Positions 43,381-60,780 of a DNA stretch of 64,000 nt are shown one piece after another. The notes beneath the pieces were generated by a model that had not been told where the DNA came from, made no database searches, and saw only the letters and a list, made by a program, of their open reading frames with translations. Each line of letters starts with the position of its first letter. Within the stretch, counting starts at the first letter, position 1. The DNA comes from Eledone cirrhosa. Its lineage: Eukaryota. Made by a program: the position numbers and the translations under genes. The stretch is taken from contig OZ024743.1 in the NCBI GenBank assembly GCA_964016885.1, positions 346,332,001 through 346,396,000 on the forward strand, given 5' to 3'.

Positions 43381-44049
43381 ATAACAGGTCCATTCATGTT
43401 GAGATCTCTTGCAAAATATATAATGTCTTGTATGCGTATGTGCGCGCAAATATATGCCATACAATCATCTAACTCTATCGATTATATAAGTTTGAATATG
43501 CAGGATGTGTAGAAACAAACTGGGAGACACTTTTTCATGTAATCAAGGAAGTCCAATTGATGATACAAAGGAACCTCACAGCTAAACTCACAGAAAAAAA
43601 CAATACATTTCTAAACTTCAGAATCTATTTCGATACAGAGAGATCTTTAAGTTTCACCATATAGGATTTCAAAATGGTTGCACACTATATCATTTCAAAC
43701 ACGTTTTATGTCTTCGATTTATTTTCCACGTTTCCTTTGTTATTTTCGTCTGCCCTCTTTCTCCGATTTCTCCCAGACATATTTTCTTATCTCTTATTCT
43801 ATCTTCCAGTAAAGGACATGTTTCCGAAATTTTATAATTCTATTCTGACTACTTCAAATGTAACAAGTTATTTATACATTATATTGTATAATTCTCGCAG
43901 ATTGATTTTCCTCTTGGCTATTCCGTGTATAGGCTTATTTTAAGAGGTTTAAGAAGCTATTATTTATGATGGTAGACTTATATTACTGTTATTTTCCGGG
44001 TTTTGATTTCAACATTTTCATATTTTAAGTGACATAATTTCAAATAATT

Positions 44050-44090
<41 letters not shown>

Positions 44091-44182
44091 CAAAGGGATA
44101 TTTAATTTGTTGGTAATTCAACAAATGTATATATTTATAACTGATTAAAAGCACTCCAAGGCATTTTCTGGAGAATAATATC

Positions 44183-44496
44183 AATGATATTAATAAATGG
44201 AAACTATATTTTTAAAACCATATTTATTCTATTATATATATTTCAAGGGTTCCAAAACTTTGGTACGCCCTCATCAGATAAAATACAAAGTTTGTTTTAT
44301 AAATATTGACATATCCATATTGACTCTCCAGGTAAAACTTGAACTGTTAAGATCTCGTTCCTGGATATGTCAATATTTATAAAGCAAACTTTATATTTTA
44401 TCTGATGAGAGCGTACCAAGGTTTTGGTACCCTTGAAATATATATAATAGAATAAATATGGTTTTATAAATATAGTTTCCATTTATTAATATCATT
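44183..44496. repeat. Fold-back palindrome with hammerhead in each arm
   Basis: Arms about 44183-44319 / 44363-44496, with several mismatches. Confidence 0.9.
44394..44454 (+). ncRNA. Type I hammerhead ribozyme, canonical core
   Basis: TATTTTAT-CTGATGA-GAGCGTACCAA-GGTT-TTGGTACCCTT-GAAAT-ATAT-ATA-ATAGAATA; 8-bp stem I. Confidence 0.8.
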
Positions 44497-44514
44497 TATA
44501 TATATATATATATA

Positions 44515-45118
44515 AAGTAAGTCCGTAGAATCATTAGATAAAATATCTACAGTATTTCTTCTCCCAATCAGCATAAATCAACCACACAAAAAAATCATTT
44601 AAACGAGGCTATAAGTTTATAATATACTTATGAAGAAACAATAGATAAATGATATAACTTTTTATCCGCGACTCACAGCTACAGAAAATGTACCTAGTAT
44701 TTCTGATAGCCTGTAGAAATTGACCTGACATATAGTTAACCATACATAATTAGATACAAAATCAAAGTTAGAAGAAACAAATGTACATAAACCTACCAAA
44801 ATCATCAAAATATCTGTACCCCGGCGGTTTCATTCCATTTTGGACATATCCAATCTTGGATAAATGAACGAGGTTGGAAATCATCAGGAGATAAACTCAA
44901 TTGGACAAAGATTTTTCTTACATGATCCCCACCAGAAACGAATTCAAAATGGCTAAGAAGCATCACGTGGATAGTGGTCAAGGCAGAAAGTTTGTGATTG
45001 ATGCCTGTCGACGAGTAGGCCGGTTACTAGAAAGCGCAGCCGAATACTGCCTAAAGTTTTACTCAACCTTACGGGAGTATATATAATTTAAAGGGTATTT
45101 ACATATAAACTAGACAAA

Positions 45119-45156
<38 letters not shown>

Positions 45157-45220
45157 TTTGGCAACCATTCACGGTGTGGCTCAATGATGAATTAATTAAA
45201 TAATTAATAATCAGAGCAAT
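44515..45220 (-). mobile_element. pLTR module related to 52833-54148; hammerhead 44811-44893
   Basis: Shared tagaatcattagataaaatat..ctcccaat..accatac blocks; minus strand TATCTC-CTGATGA-TTTCCA..TGGAAT-GAAAC..GTA-CAGATA. Confidence 0.7.
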
Positions 45221-45464
45221 ATATATATATATATTTATTCAGGTTTGAGGTTCACCACTGGATAGAGCTGGTCAATTCCGTATGGTCAATCTCGGGTCCT
45301 CGATTTTCAGCCCCATGGATTTTATCTATTACATTCACGTATTATATTTCGAATACCTGATGATATCACTGGATTCATACGTAACCCGGTCATTGATATG
45401 ATCATAGTATAATAAAGCTTTCAAGGATTTACACAAATCCAGCCTCCTGTCATTTCATTACAAT

Positions 45465-45497
<33 letters not shown>

Positions 45498-45557
45498 ATA
45501 TAATATATATAAATTAATTTGAGAAACGCAAATAAGAAACATTTATCTATTTACTCA

Positions 45558-45624
45558 GTGTCCTTACTGCAGTTTCATTGAGCAAACACCATGAGCTGTG
45601 AGTATCTCAAATCATCAGAGAACA
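45558..45624 (-). ncRNA. Type I hammerhead ribozyme
   Basis: TGTTCT-CTGATGA-TTTGAG..CTCAAT-GAAAC-TGCA-GTA-AGGACA; palindromic stem III ACTGCAGT. Confidence 0.75.
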
Positions 45625-46893
45625 TTTTCAAATAAGAAAGAGTGAGTCGTCCGCAAGCAGAGATTATATTCTAATATGGTCTAGGAAAGAATTTGGCCGA
45701 ATAGGAGTACTATATTTAGCAGCCTTTTCACTTGCCATTGTCGACATTCTTCTGCCCTGAGAGTAGGCGTTTTTGGTAGATGTGATACTAGTGATTGTTA
45801 ATGAGACTAATTGCACTGATGTTCTTATGGTAATAGTTGTGCTTCGAATAAAGATATGGTTAGAGGTGATGGTTTGTGGTGATAGCAATAATGATGGTGA
45901 CAGGGTGGCATTGTTTTTTAAGTGTAGATACCTTTGGAGGTCTTGCTGTTGGTGATGGCGATGGTGGCGACCGAATAAGGTTGATATTAGTGGTTTTGTT
46001 TGTGGCGTTTGGTATTGTTATTGGTGTCAGTGTTGGCGTCGATGATGTTGTTATTAGTGGACGGAACTGTGGTGACGGTATTGGCGGCGTTGATATTTTT
46101 GTTGCCAATGTTATTGTTCTAGTTGTTGGTGTTGGTGGTGGGGGTTGAGATGGCTCTGGTGGTGGCAGTGACAACGCTATTGTTGGGATATGGATGAGGG
46201 TGTTAGTCGTGTCGTTGATGATGTTGGATAAGTTGATGATTTTGATTATGAGAAGAGGAGGGTGATTGTGCGAGGTGTGTTGAGGAACCGCGTTAATGAG
46301 AGATGAAATCACTGAAGATGAATCGCCCAACATTTGCCCTGAATCCCTTATGTTCTAGGAAGTAGTGGGGGGGTGTTGTGTGTGTAATGGAGAGGTGTTT
46401 CACATTGTAGGAGCCACTTAATGAAATTATGTCGGGGTATCTGATTAAATCTGAAGTTCAGTGAATTTCATGAAAAGGGGTTTAAAGTAATTAGGTATTC
46501 AGTTGGACAGAGTATAAGTAAATTAGCGGGTAAATAATACAGCTATCCCCTCATATAAAGCACAGCAACTTATGACCCTCCTAGTTCCACTATTACCCAC
46601 ATGACATAAACGACGCATCTCTTCCGTATATGGCACGAAACATCGAATGAACAGATTACTATACAACTAAAACGATTCTACAAATATAGAATATGCATCT
46701 ATACAGTTTGTTGCAGTTGAAGCGACTTGGGTTCATGAACCAGGACTCTGTATATCGAAATAACGTTTTACTAGTCAGAAAATAAGTTTACCTTTACTTT
46801 TCACTTTACTTTACTTGTTACTGCGCATGTGTTAGAAGTGATGTTTGAGGTAAGCTCCTATCTAGTCTTTTACTCCAGGGATGATATAGAACA

Positions 46894-46982
<89 letters not shown>

Positions 46983-46992
46983 TTCTCTTTTA

Positions 46993-47035
<43 letters not shown>

Positions 47036-47070
47036 TTCTCTTTTATACTATATATATATATATATATATA

Positions 47071-48420
47071 TATAGTATAAAAGAGAAAACACAGGTAAGC
47101 ATTAAGAGAAGGATTTTATCCAGGTATTTACGACCGTTTCATTGGTAAGTGTAACCTTATATTGCTATACTGCAAATAGCAGCCACTCAATTATAATTGT
47201 TGTTCACAGTCCAAGTTTTCAAAATAATGAGTAAGTTACTCTTGAAATAATTCTTAATATATAGAGAAAGACATTTATTTGGAATTGTATTTACTAGTAT
47301 AGAGAGAGAAGAATCAGAAGGTGAGGGGACAAACGGAATAGTATAGAGAGAGAGAGGAAGGGGGAGGCGCGTTAGGAAGTAGGGTGACAAACTGAGATGG
47401 AGGGAGGGGTAGAGGTGGAAGGATTCCTTGATCAGTTTTGATATTCAGACTTTATGTCGTGGAATGTAGTGAGTTAAAGAGAATTAAATTGATCATAGTG
47501 GGAGGGATGGATAGAGAGGGGGGGGGTATATAAAGAGATAAATATATATATAAAAAATAAAGATAAAGATAATAATGACAAAAAATAAAAGCAAATAAAG
47601 GGGGAGGAGAAAGAAGAAAAGAAAAGATAGCCAAAAAGGGGAGGGAAGGAAGGAAGAAAACGAAGAAATAGAAGAGGAATGAAGGAGAAATGGGGGATAT
47701 AGGTATTGGTTTTTGTGGGTAATTAAAAGGGTTTAGATACAACAAGAGGGTATAAAGTCTAAGTATATGCAGTTTGTCAGTTGGTAGTAAGAGGTTAAGG
47801 GTTCGATTTGCACTTGTAGTGCGAATACTTCTCTTTGAGTCTATGGTTACAATAAATTGATCTTTCGATTTTATTGTTGAGTAACTTATTCTTCGAACTC
47901 AAGATGTGGAACAGCTCAAGGTCGCATAATCGACAGCTTCTCATACCACTCCGATATGGGGGCGCGTTCGATAATTTGTTCCACTTCAGGGTGTATTGAT
48001 GGTTACTTTCCCTCAGTTGCCAGGTCTTGTTTGCAAGGGTAGTTACATAACGATGCTGGGAATGTTTCATTGCATAATGGTGTGTATACCAATGGGCTTT
48101 AAATGTATTCCCAGTCGCTCCGGTGTAATACCATTTCTGGTTGTCTGATCCCACTGTGCATTGGTAAACCAGGTTAGACTGCATACATTCATTATATAAT
48201 GGACAGGTTTCAGGTAGGTAGCAGTTACAATTCTTGTCATGGGCAACTTTGGCATTATTGGTGGGCTGCGATGCCTGTACAAGTGTGTTACGTTTTGTTT
48301 GCCTATTAGCGGGTGGTTGTGTATTAGATATTCTGTTGTGTTCAATGGTGATTGTATTGTTATTGTTGTAAATTTGTAAATTTGTGTTTTGGTATATATA
48401 TATCTATGTATCAAAAGCAT
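47071..48420 (-). mobile_element. Penelope-like element 3' part (GIY-YIG, same type as 31745) with pLTR hammerhead about 47126-47228
   Basis: CNCYLPETCPLYNECMQSNLVYQC..YYTGATGNTFK..CRLCDLE..LLNNKIE..CNH. Minus strand TATT-TTGAAAA-CTTGG..CCAAT-GAAAC-GGTC-GTA-AATA. Confidence 0.9.
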
Positions 48421-48692
48421 GTATTGAGTTAGAAACTCAAAATAGTCTCATTACAGTAAATTAGCTTTAGGAAAAAGATTTTTCCGAGCCGTATATAGCT
48501 GAACAAAAAGGAAAAACGAACACAGACATATATATATATATATATGTTCAAATCGTAATGGACCAAAATCGCCAATATATATGTATGTATTAAAGTAACA
48601 GATTAATGTTTAAGCAAAGAATCGCAGCTTTCTTACTTAACGGGACCTTCTGAATCTGGATGTTAGTCTTCACATTTATCATTATTATTTAC

Positions 48693-48812
48693 AGTCTGAG
48701 TTCAAATCCCAGCGAGGTTAACTTTGCCTTTCATCCTTATGGGGTCGATAGAATAAAGTACCAGTTATGTACTGGGTGAATGCTGGCCTTGTGCCTAAAG
48801 TAGAAACAATTA
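48693..48812 (+). mobile_element. SINE 3' part
   Basis: Family core and tail. Confidence 0.85.
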
Positions 48813-48826
48813 TTATAATATATATA

Positions 48827-49064
48827 TAAGAAGAAAAAGATGGTTCAAAAAGCGCATCTTGTAGCTATAAAAGGATATTTAAAACCTGTACATATTCTAA
48901 AACTTGAACGATACAAAGAAGATTAGAATGGCCCCTACACATGGTTGACATGAAACTTCGTGAAGCGTTCCCTATTTTTAACATTAACATTTTGTACATG
49001 TTATAAAGATCCTTTTTTATATATTATATAACAGGTTCGCTTTTCGAACCATCTTCTTATTATA
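48827..49064. repeat. Diverged inverted repeat
   Basis: aagatggttcaaaaagcg..tgtaca versus tgtaca..cgcttttcgaaccatctt. Confidence 0.65.
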
Positions 49065-49120
49065 TTTTTACTTATATAACGTGATTTGTAAAGAACGTTT
49101 ATCTAACATCTACACTTTTT

Positions 49121-49158
<38 letters not shown>

Positions 49159-49577
49159 TGTAATAAACAACATAAGGCAATTATTCCATTTACCAGTGGT
49201 TTCTTAAAGGCAAAAAATGTTGCTTTCAATCATCAGAAAGAAAAAATCCTGGTATATTTATTGATATTGGATTCTAAAAACAAAAATGCAATCTATATGA
49301 AAGTGAGGCTGGAGAAGGAAGAAGGAAAGGAAAAATAAAATAAAAACACACATGCAAACGCACACACACACACACAATTATATACATACACACACATATA
49401 TATATACATACACACATACATACACACACACATATACACATATATATGTGTATATATATACATACACACACACACATACACATACATACATACACACATA
49501 AATATCAACATATCCATACATACACATACATATATACAACCACACACATATATATACACACATATATATAGAAATAG

Positions 49578-49630
<53 letters not shown>

Positions 49631-50141
49631 TACACATACACATAGCCATACACACATACATATACATACATAATACATACACACAATCATACGTATATAC
49701 ATTCCCCCCTATTCTTTTGCCTTACCAACGATTTTTTTTTATTTTTAGTTGTCAATATTTCAATACACTTCCAAATGATTATTTATTAAACATAACGTAT
49801 ATCTCTATTAGATTTACGAAATTCACATACTTGTATGTATACAGCTATGTCGGTGCTCAATTTTAGTATATATACATGTTGAAGAACGAAAACAAAGCGT
49901 GACGTTTCTTTCATTGTTTTACGGTCGTTTCGTATGGTTGATTGACCATGATAAATCGATAGAGTTACTAAGTGATACTCAATATGCAAATCCATATTGT
50001 TTGTCAGGCAACAATAGATCAACCAATGTAAATATATGTATATCGTTCGTTAAACAAATATATTCCTTTATGGAAATGTTTGTTTGTTTTTTTGCTTTGT
50101 TGCTTCCGTTTACTTTTTGCACACACACACACTCACACAGA

Positions 50142-50240
<99 letters not shown>

Positions 50241-50352
50241 ACACATAACACACACATATATACATATATATATATGCATATATATATATATATTAGAAAG
50301 TGAGGTTTTTTACAAAATGAAAAATAACCGAGGTGTATTACACGAGTGAAAG

Positions 50353-50620
50353 TATAAAGAAAAAAAGCTGAAATCGAAAATGCAACTAGTGTCTTAATTT
50401 TAAAAAAATATATATATTTATTTGGTTCCTTTACCGGTTTCGCAGTTCTTCTGCTTTTCAAAAGTAGAGTTGAGATGGATGTGAGAAAAACCACAGACCC
50501 TCCATCACAACTCTACTAATGAAAAGCAGAAGAACTGCGAAACCGGTAAAGGAACCAAATAAATATATATATTTTAAAAAAAATAAGACTCCAGTTGCAT
50601 TTTCGATTTCATAATTTTTT

Positions 50621-50627
<7 letters not shown>
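50353..50627. repeat. Fold-back palindrome with U3-A8 hammerhead motif
   Basis: (T/A)TGAAAA-GCAG-AAGAA-CTGC-GAAAC-CG-GTA in both arms; centre about 50490. Confidence 0.9.
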
Positions 50628-50650
<23 letters not shown>

Positions 50651-50654
<4 letters not shown>

Positions 50655-50808
50655 ATAATAATAAATGTGAAGACTACATTCCAAAGAGGGCTCGATAAGG
50701 ATAAATATAAATCACATATATAAGAACCGTAGAGCAAATATTTCAGAAGATCCCGTTAAGGGTGAAAGCAGCGATTCTTTGCTTAAATTTTAATCTGTTA
50801 TTTTAATA
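50651..50808 (+). mobile_element. About 158-bp CAGAAGA hammerhead mini-element in (TA)n
   Basis: ATTT-CAGAAGA-TCCC-GTTAA-GGGT-GAAAGCA..TGCTT-AAAT; (TA)n on both sides. Confidence 0.85.
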
Positions 50809-50929
50809 TATATATATATATAGTGAAAAATTGAACAGGAACAAAACAGAGAGGCAGGACGAACAAAGGTTTATTAATTTCACGCTCTTGAGAGTGTGGG
50901 GGAGGGGGGTTTAATCAAAATCGATTACG

Positions 50930-51165
50930 AATAACAACTACTATTTGCAGAACATTGCTGGAGAGATAAGAAGGAAGTTATACAGAAGACACTATTGTGG
51001 AAACCAACTCGTGGGAGACGCAGTAGATGAAGACCTGCTCGTATCCACATCGATGAACTCTCAGACAATACAAAGCTTAGAAGTGACCAGTTGCCATGAG
51101 CAATGGAAAATCTTGAATTATGGAGAGACGCTTTTAGGAATGTTCATCTGCGATCACAATAATGA
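50930..51165 (+). mobile_element. RTE-clade LINE 3' coding remnant
   Basis: Alternative frame FAEHCWRDKKEVIQKTLLWKPTRGRRSR*RPARIHIDEL..AMEN matches the RTE C-terminal GH..R..W.P.G.R.RGRP pattern. Confidence 0.7.
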
Positions 51166-51293
51166 TACAATTGATCCATTCAACTAAACTTAGCAAAAGC
51201 AAATGAGTTGTACATGTAATTCAAAGTGTCAGTGGTGTCACACATTGTGTCATGCAGATTCTCCCTACGAATTACACTGCAGATGCATCTATC

Positions 51294-52806
<1,513 letters not shown>

Positions 52807-52832
52807 TATAACCTTCGTTTTGTATAAATATA

Positions 52833-55108
<2,276 letters not shown>

Positions 55109-55161
55109 GTATATATATATATATATATATACATGTTTTGAGGATATAATTCTGTTATAAT

Positions 55162-55226
<65 letters not shown>

Positions 55227-55518
55227 TTCAAGAGTAACCGATCTTAAAGAGAGTGATTGAGATAGGATAGGAGAAGAGAGATTGGTGAATTAGTTAGAAG
55301 CCAAAGCGTAAAGACATGTGCTCAATGTGCAATATGCAGTGGAATGCAGCTAGGTTGCTGGGTTCATGCAGAGGTTAGGTGCACAGAGCTGGAAATATTC
55401 ATTAGTTAAGCAAAACAAGACAACAAATTTCACAAGGAAGACATTATTAAAATATTGTCAACATAGTTTTAGTTTAATGTAAGGAATGTAGAGAATAATA
55501 ATAATAGTAATATTAATA

Positions 55519-55643
55519 ACGTCCGTTTACAATTGTTTCGCTACTCCGTATAATGTTTCTGGATCAAACGATTATAGATCATTATTGATCTAGTTCCGTT
55601 GAAGATAATTAACTTGGGTACAATTAGAGCAGCTCATCGGAAC
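55519..55643 (-). ncRNA. Hammerhead motif (U4C) with long stem II
   Basis: GTT-CCGATGA-GCTGCTC..GAGTAGC-GAAAC-AATT-GTA-AAC. Confidence 0.65.
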
Positions 55644-55974
55644 TACAAAATGATTATAAATTAAAATAAAGAAAGAATGTTAGATGAATGTAATGTTCCA
55701 TATATTGGTATTTCACTATGGTCTCCTGGGTATATCTATTGTCTGCCATAGTCGAGCAGTATTCTTCTGTCGAGGCTGCATTGTGTGAGATCTGCCTATG
55801 GGTAACAAGATGGCCGCCAATGGACATATTTACCTTACTAATTAGAGGGTGGTTTCAGGGGAAGTAACTCCTCCAGAAATTAGAAATTGTAGGTAGTTTA
55901 TAGTTCAGATGTGCTACTATGAACTCTCCGTTATTGTGATCGATTTATATATACCATTTTATTAGAGCCCTTTA

Positions 55975-56120
55975 CGTACTGAGTTCAAATCCTGCCGAGG
56001 TTAACTCTACCTTTCATCCTTACTGGGTTGATAAAATAAAGTACCAGCCACGTACTGAGGTCGATTTAATCGACTTTCCCCTCCCACAAAATTACTAGCC
56101 TTGTGCCTATATAAGAACAT
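55975..56120 (+). mobile_element. SINE 3' part
   Basis: Family core; long-tail variant as at 5213. Confidence 0.85.
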
Positions 56121-57292
56121 TCTTTATATAAGAATAATTGTTGTTGCTGCTGTTGATATTATTGCTACTGATCTTATAGAAACGTGTACGTTTCTTGATT
56201 ATTTGTAAATGCTATTAACTAGGGGTTTTTTCACAAGTATTTTGATACATATTTATTGCAAATAACTTCATTTGTACTTCAGAGCCGGCTTTGTAAAGTT
56301 TCGCAGCGACTCAATTCCAATTCACACATGAAAAATATTTCGTGTTTTGAATAAATATCGTTCGGTCGTGCTTAAGACCGTGTATACCCCCGCCCTTTTT
56401 CCTTAGTATATATTATATTCTGCATTAGTATATCTTACACATTCCACTACATTATAGACAGTACTAGAAGTAGTATTTGCAGAGGTTTTGCCTACGTAGA
56501 TGCTTACTCGTTAGCTTATAAGTAGCTTATATCATATGCATGTCGACAAAAAATTTAAGCAACATGTAAAGAAACATTATCATGATTTAATAACACATCA
56601 CCTGGTATTAATTAATGTGGCTTACATTTACTCTTTTATCCGTATTACTCGTATGATATATGGGATAAAATTATTCTGAAAGGCAATAACATACAATATA
56701 CAACTGATTTATAGGAGAGAGTCCGAGATAGATAGACAGATATTAAGAGAGGGAAAATCCGTGTGTGTGTTTATGATAGTGAGAGGGGTGAAGCGGAAAC
56801 AAGATACTTTGAAGTTAGTAATTTTTTTTTTCGCCAGTTTGAAAGTAGATGGATTGACTCGAGAAAAGAATCTAGTTCGTTGGTTTTATTTTTAAAAAAA
56901 TTTATTTGACCATATATGGAAATTATTTCAGTATATTTTATATGAAGTTTTGTTCTGGCTGAAATTTGAGCTTAAACCTAATAATTAAAACCGTGTTCAG
57001 CTCATGTCTTCTAAAGAGGATCCTACGACACCAATCGTATTGCTAAAAATAGCAGCTAAATATCTTTCAAATACCACACACCGTCTTTAAAATGATAGGA
57101 CACAGTATATAATCTAGCCTTAATCTAGCTTTAGGTGCGGTATGTCGGGAAAAAATAAAGAAAGTGTCACGCCTGAAACGCTTTTCAAGAGGGCTCGTCA
57201 GATTTCCACTGTGTTTGCAATTTTGTTATACTTATTATTCACGGTAGCATAAATTTTGAAAAATGATAGTAATGACTCACGATTATTATTAT

Positions 57293-57480
57293 CGTGGATT
57301 GGCAGTATCGGTAGATGGTCGGACGCCATGCTTTGAGGCATAGAGTTACGGCCCTTGCCATTCTGAGTTCAAATCCCGCCGAGGTTCACTTTGCCTTTCA
57401 TCCTTGTGGAGTCAATAAAATAAAGTACCAGTAATGTACTTGGTAATTGTGCCTTGTGCCAAAAGTAGAAACAATTATTG
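57293..57480 (+). mobile_element. SINE, near full length
   Basis: Close match to 15482-15670. Confidence 0.9.
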
Positions 57481-58067
57481 ACAATTATTTAAACCACCAC
57501 ATTCTTTAGATTTAACATAATATCAAAGGCTCTCTCCCTTTTGTTTCTTATAACTGATTGTGTTATTGTCATTACTTCTTCGTCTATCTCATGTTGCGTT
57601 TCACAGGTATTCATCCAAACTGCCATGTCTTCCTATAGATTCAAATACAAGATTCTGGAAGCTTTCTATAGCAAGGTAGATTGTATGACGATGGTCACCT
57701 ATTTACAAAGCGCAAGCTTTCTCGTGTGCTGCGAATTGTGAACGATGGGTATCCTCATTTCAATGGCAATTAGTAAAAGCAAATCAAGTGATATTGAGAG
57801 ACGGAAAAATTGAAAAAAGGCAGATATAAAGATAACAGTGCATAATTATTACATCATTTTATAGACGCCCGAATGATAAGTGGTGAAATGGATGTCGGTG
57901 GGGTTTGAACAAGGATCTCAAAGAGGAGGGGAAAATATCCTAAAGTACTTTTCCTCCAACCCTTCGCATTTTTTCTTTATTGAAAACTACATAAACCTGC
58001 ATATATGTGTATTATACTATAATTTATAGATGGAATAAGTCACCAAGAAGAAATGAAATCCCCAAAT

Positions 58068-58248
58068 ATAATTGTTTCTACTTTTGACACAAGGCCAGCA
58101 AATACCCCAGTGCATTACTGGTGCTTTATTTTATCGACCCCGTAAGGATGAAATGCAAAGCTAACCTCGGCCGGATTTGAACTTAGACCCTAAAGAGCCG
58201 TAACTATATGCTACTAATCCTCTACCGATACTGCCAATCCACCGCCCT
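58068..58248 (-). mobile_element. SINE, near full length
   Basis: Reverse complement of the family consensus. Confidence 0.88.
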
Positions 58249-59258
58249 AAATTCCCCAAATATACTAAATTATAATGAGCTACATAAAAACAAATATGAC
58301 AGAGAATAATTCCCTTCGCTTCCAGACCACAACCACAGATAAACGGGAAGAAGAAATAATTTAGGAACATATCTTCTGATAGCAACATACCACTACCATT
58401 TAAATAACGATACCTACATTAGATTAGAATGGACCTCCGTGGCTTTCACAATGAGTTTTCTAACGAGTGGCTGAGAATTCTAGAAATACGCATGCATAGG
58501 GACATTTAACATGACATTGTTTGATACGATTGACTTTTTGAGTTATAGCTACAGTCTTCTGATTCACTTCAAAACAGCTTCCCTGTCCCTAATTCCACAC
58601 GCAAATCTTTGGGTTAACCCGTGCCTATGGTAAATAAAATTTGCATAAGTTGCCTTGTAATGGGTTGGAACCTGGGCTATTATGATTGTGAAGCCTATTT
58701 ATTTACTAATATATACAATCTAACCCTACCGAGGTCAACTCCATTTAAACGAATATTAACATCTAACACAAGTACAATCCCAAATTTGGGAGAGGGGTAA
58801 TGCCGATTATAGTGATTCAGAATTTTACTGGTATTTATTTTATCCATCCTGAAATTATTAAAAAAATCAAATTTAGTTCGACGGGATTTGAAATAAATAA
58901 AATGTTGTCTAACAATTTAACAAGTCTATCAATGTTTTGCTTTCTGATTTCAAATATAGCTCTTGCCTGCTGTTGTAGTAGCTTTCATTAATCATCCAGC
59001 TTAACACAGCTACTTGGCCATAGGAGTTCTGTTAGCATAGTTCATTCAGTTGCAAGCATTCGGGCCAGGACTCCTGTTTGAGGAATCCTTCCTCAACCCC
59101 ACGCACTAATCCCGGTGACCCTACCCTTCACTCCCTGAATTAGCGGAAAAATTATATGACAGATAAAGAAGTATTCAACATCCTAGTCCCTGATATGCGA
59201 ATGGATAAGGGCTCTATTCGAGCAGGGCATAGGGATAAACAACAAAAAAACAACAACA

Positions 59259-59289
<31 letters not shown>

Positions 59290-59649
59290 TATGCGCGCAC
59301 ACATACGCACTCGCACACACACTCACAGACACACACACAGGCAAAGCAGCTGCTGCTGAAACACCAATTCTAATTAGTAAGTCTAAGAACTGGCAACTGT
59401 CTCCCTTGAGGCCTGTTGTTTCATTTCCGTTGTAGTGGTGGCAGTAGTGGGTTTAGTAGTTGTAGTGACTGTTGTAGGTACTGGTAGTAAAATTAGTATG
59501 GTTTTTATATAGTGGTAGTAGTACGGTGTGGTAGTAATGGCGGTGGTGGTAGTGGTGGTGGTGCTAGTGGTGTTGGTGGGGCGCAAGATTATGATGGCTA
59601 TGATTTAAATAGTAAATTATGTTACAAGCTTCTGTATAAAGTAAACTTG

Positions 59650-60780
59650 TTCTAGCCATCACCTCTCCACGGTGATCGCGATGTCTGCTTTCGGCGTGGT
59701 GCTGAGGACATATGCAATGTCTGTCAGATAAGTTGGTATCGATCTACAGTCTTCTTTCTCAATGGCAGCATTTCTTTCGTCGATGACATGCTGTCGGATC
59801 CTCATCTGCAAGATACTTCCCAACATATCAGAAAATATGCTGATCACTGAACGCGATGCTGTCTGGCAACCGAGAAATCACACACGTCCTCACATAGGAA
59901 GTCCAATCCTAGCAAATACATGGGACACAATCCAGTGCGAGAAGACTTTGGACAGTCATGTATGCCTGCTTGAAGAATAGCGTCTGGTATGATTTTGCAA
60001 TATCACAAACCCGACAGCGGTGCCAGCTTTAACACCGTAAACTCGCTCTATATATCTGAATAGTGACCATCTGCCCATCGGCGTTTTCTTGACACACAAC
60101 CTCCTAATCTGTGACACACATAAATACTGCTGTGGTTTCATAGTAGACGGTTTCGGCCTTCACCCAATGTCATGCATTTATAGTACTGTTGTTACCCGAT
60201 GTATGCCGTTAGAGTGCCGGGGGCCTCCGACTTCGTGCCTCTCAACGTGATCTCCAATCATAGATTGGATTCTGCAAGCTTCAATTTGCAACTCAAGCCA
60301 GTGTATGTTGACCAAGGGGACAGCAGACGGCTAGATGGCATCGTGATATTCCAGACCCACGTTAGTATCTGCCTCATCTGGGCCGCAATATGCAGCGACA
60401 CGTTTTCCAACAGCAAACTGGTGCATTTGGTCACAAACCCTGGCTTTTTTCTCGACAAGCCGTAAATCGCAAATATGGAAATAAGTCCCCTTATCCGATA
60501 GTTTTCTCGTTTAGCTTGTAGTGGCGGAACCTTCCAGCGCTCTTGGTCCTCGCACCACATACCTGCAGGAATGAGCCCTGCGAGAGGGAACGGCTGTTTA
60601 ATAGCGTCTAACTTACAATAATGTGGAGGAACGCTTTCATCATTCTGACCTCTGGGACAACGATGCGGCTTGCGCCTACTTTTGTGCATGTCAGAAAGCG
60701 CTCTCCGACAAAATCCGAGCCGTATCATTGGAGTGGCGATATCTGAGCACTCATTCTCAGGTTTTCATTGATATTTAGGC
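59650..60780 (+). mobile_element. CRE-clade LINE 3' fragment (restriction-like endonuclease), decayed
   Basis: AAFLSS..; LNVISNHRLDSASFNLQLKP..QGDSRRLDGIVIF..CLIWAAICSDTF resembles the CRE LEP..DG.RPDG..WD.T..DT pattern. Confidence 0.75.

Noticed and set aside
45860-46333. Thr/Pro-rich mucin-like ORF (also 59383-59586, 63221-63900)
   Set aside because: Degenerate (GGT/GTT/GAT)n low-complexity DNA.
50945-51187. 80-aa ORF as a host gene
   Set aside because: Another frame matches an RTE LINE C-terminus with stops.
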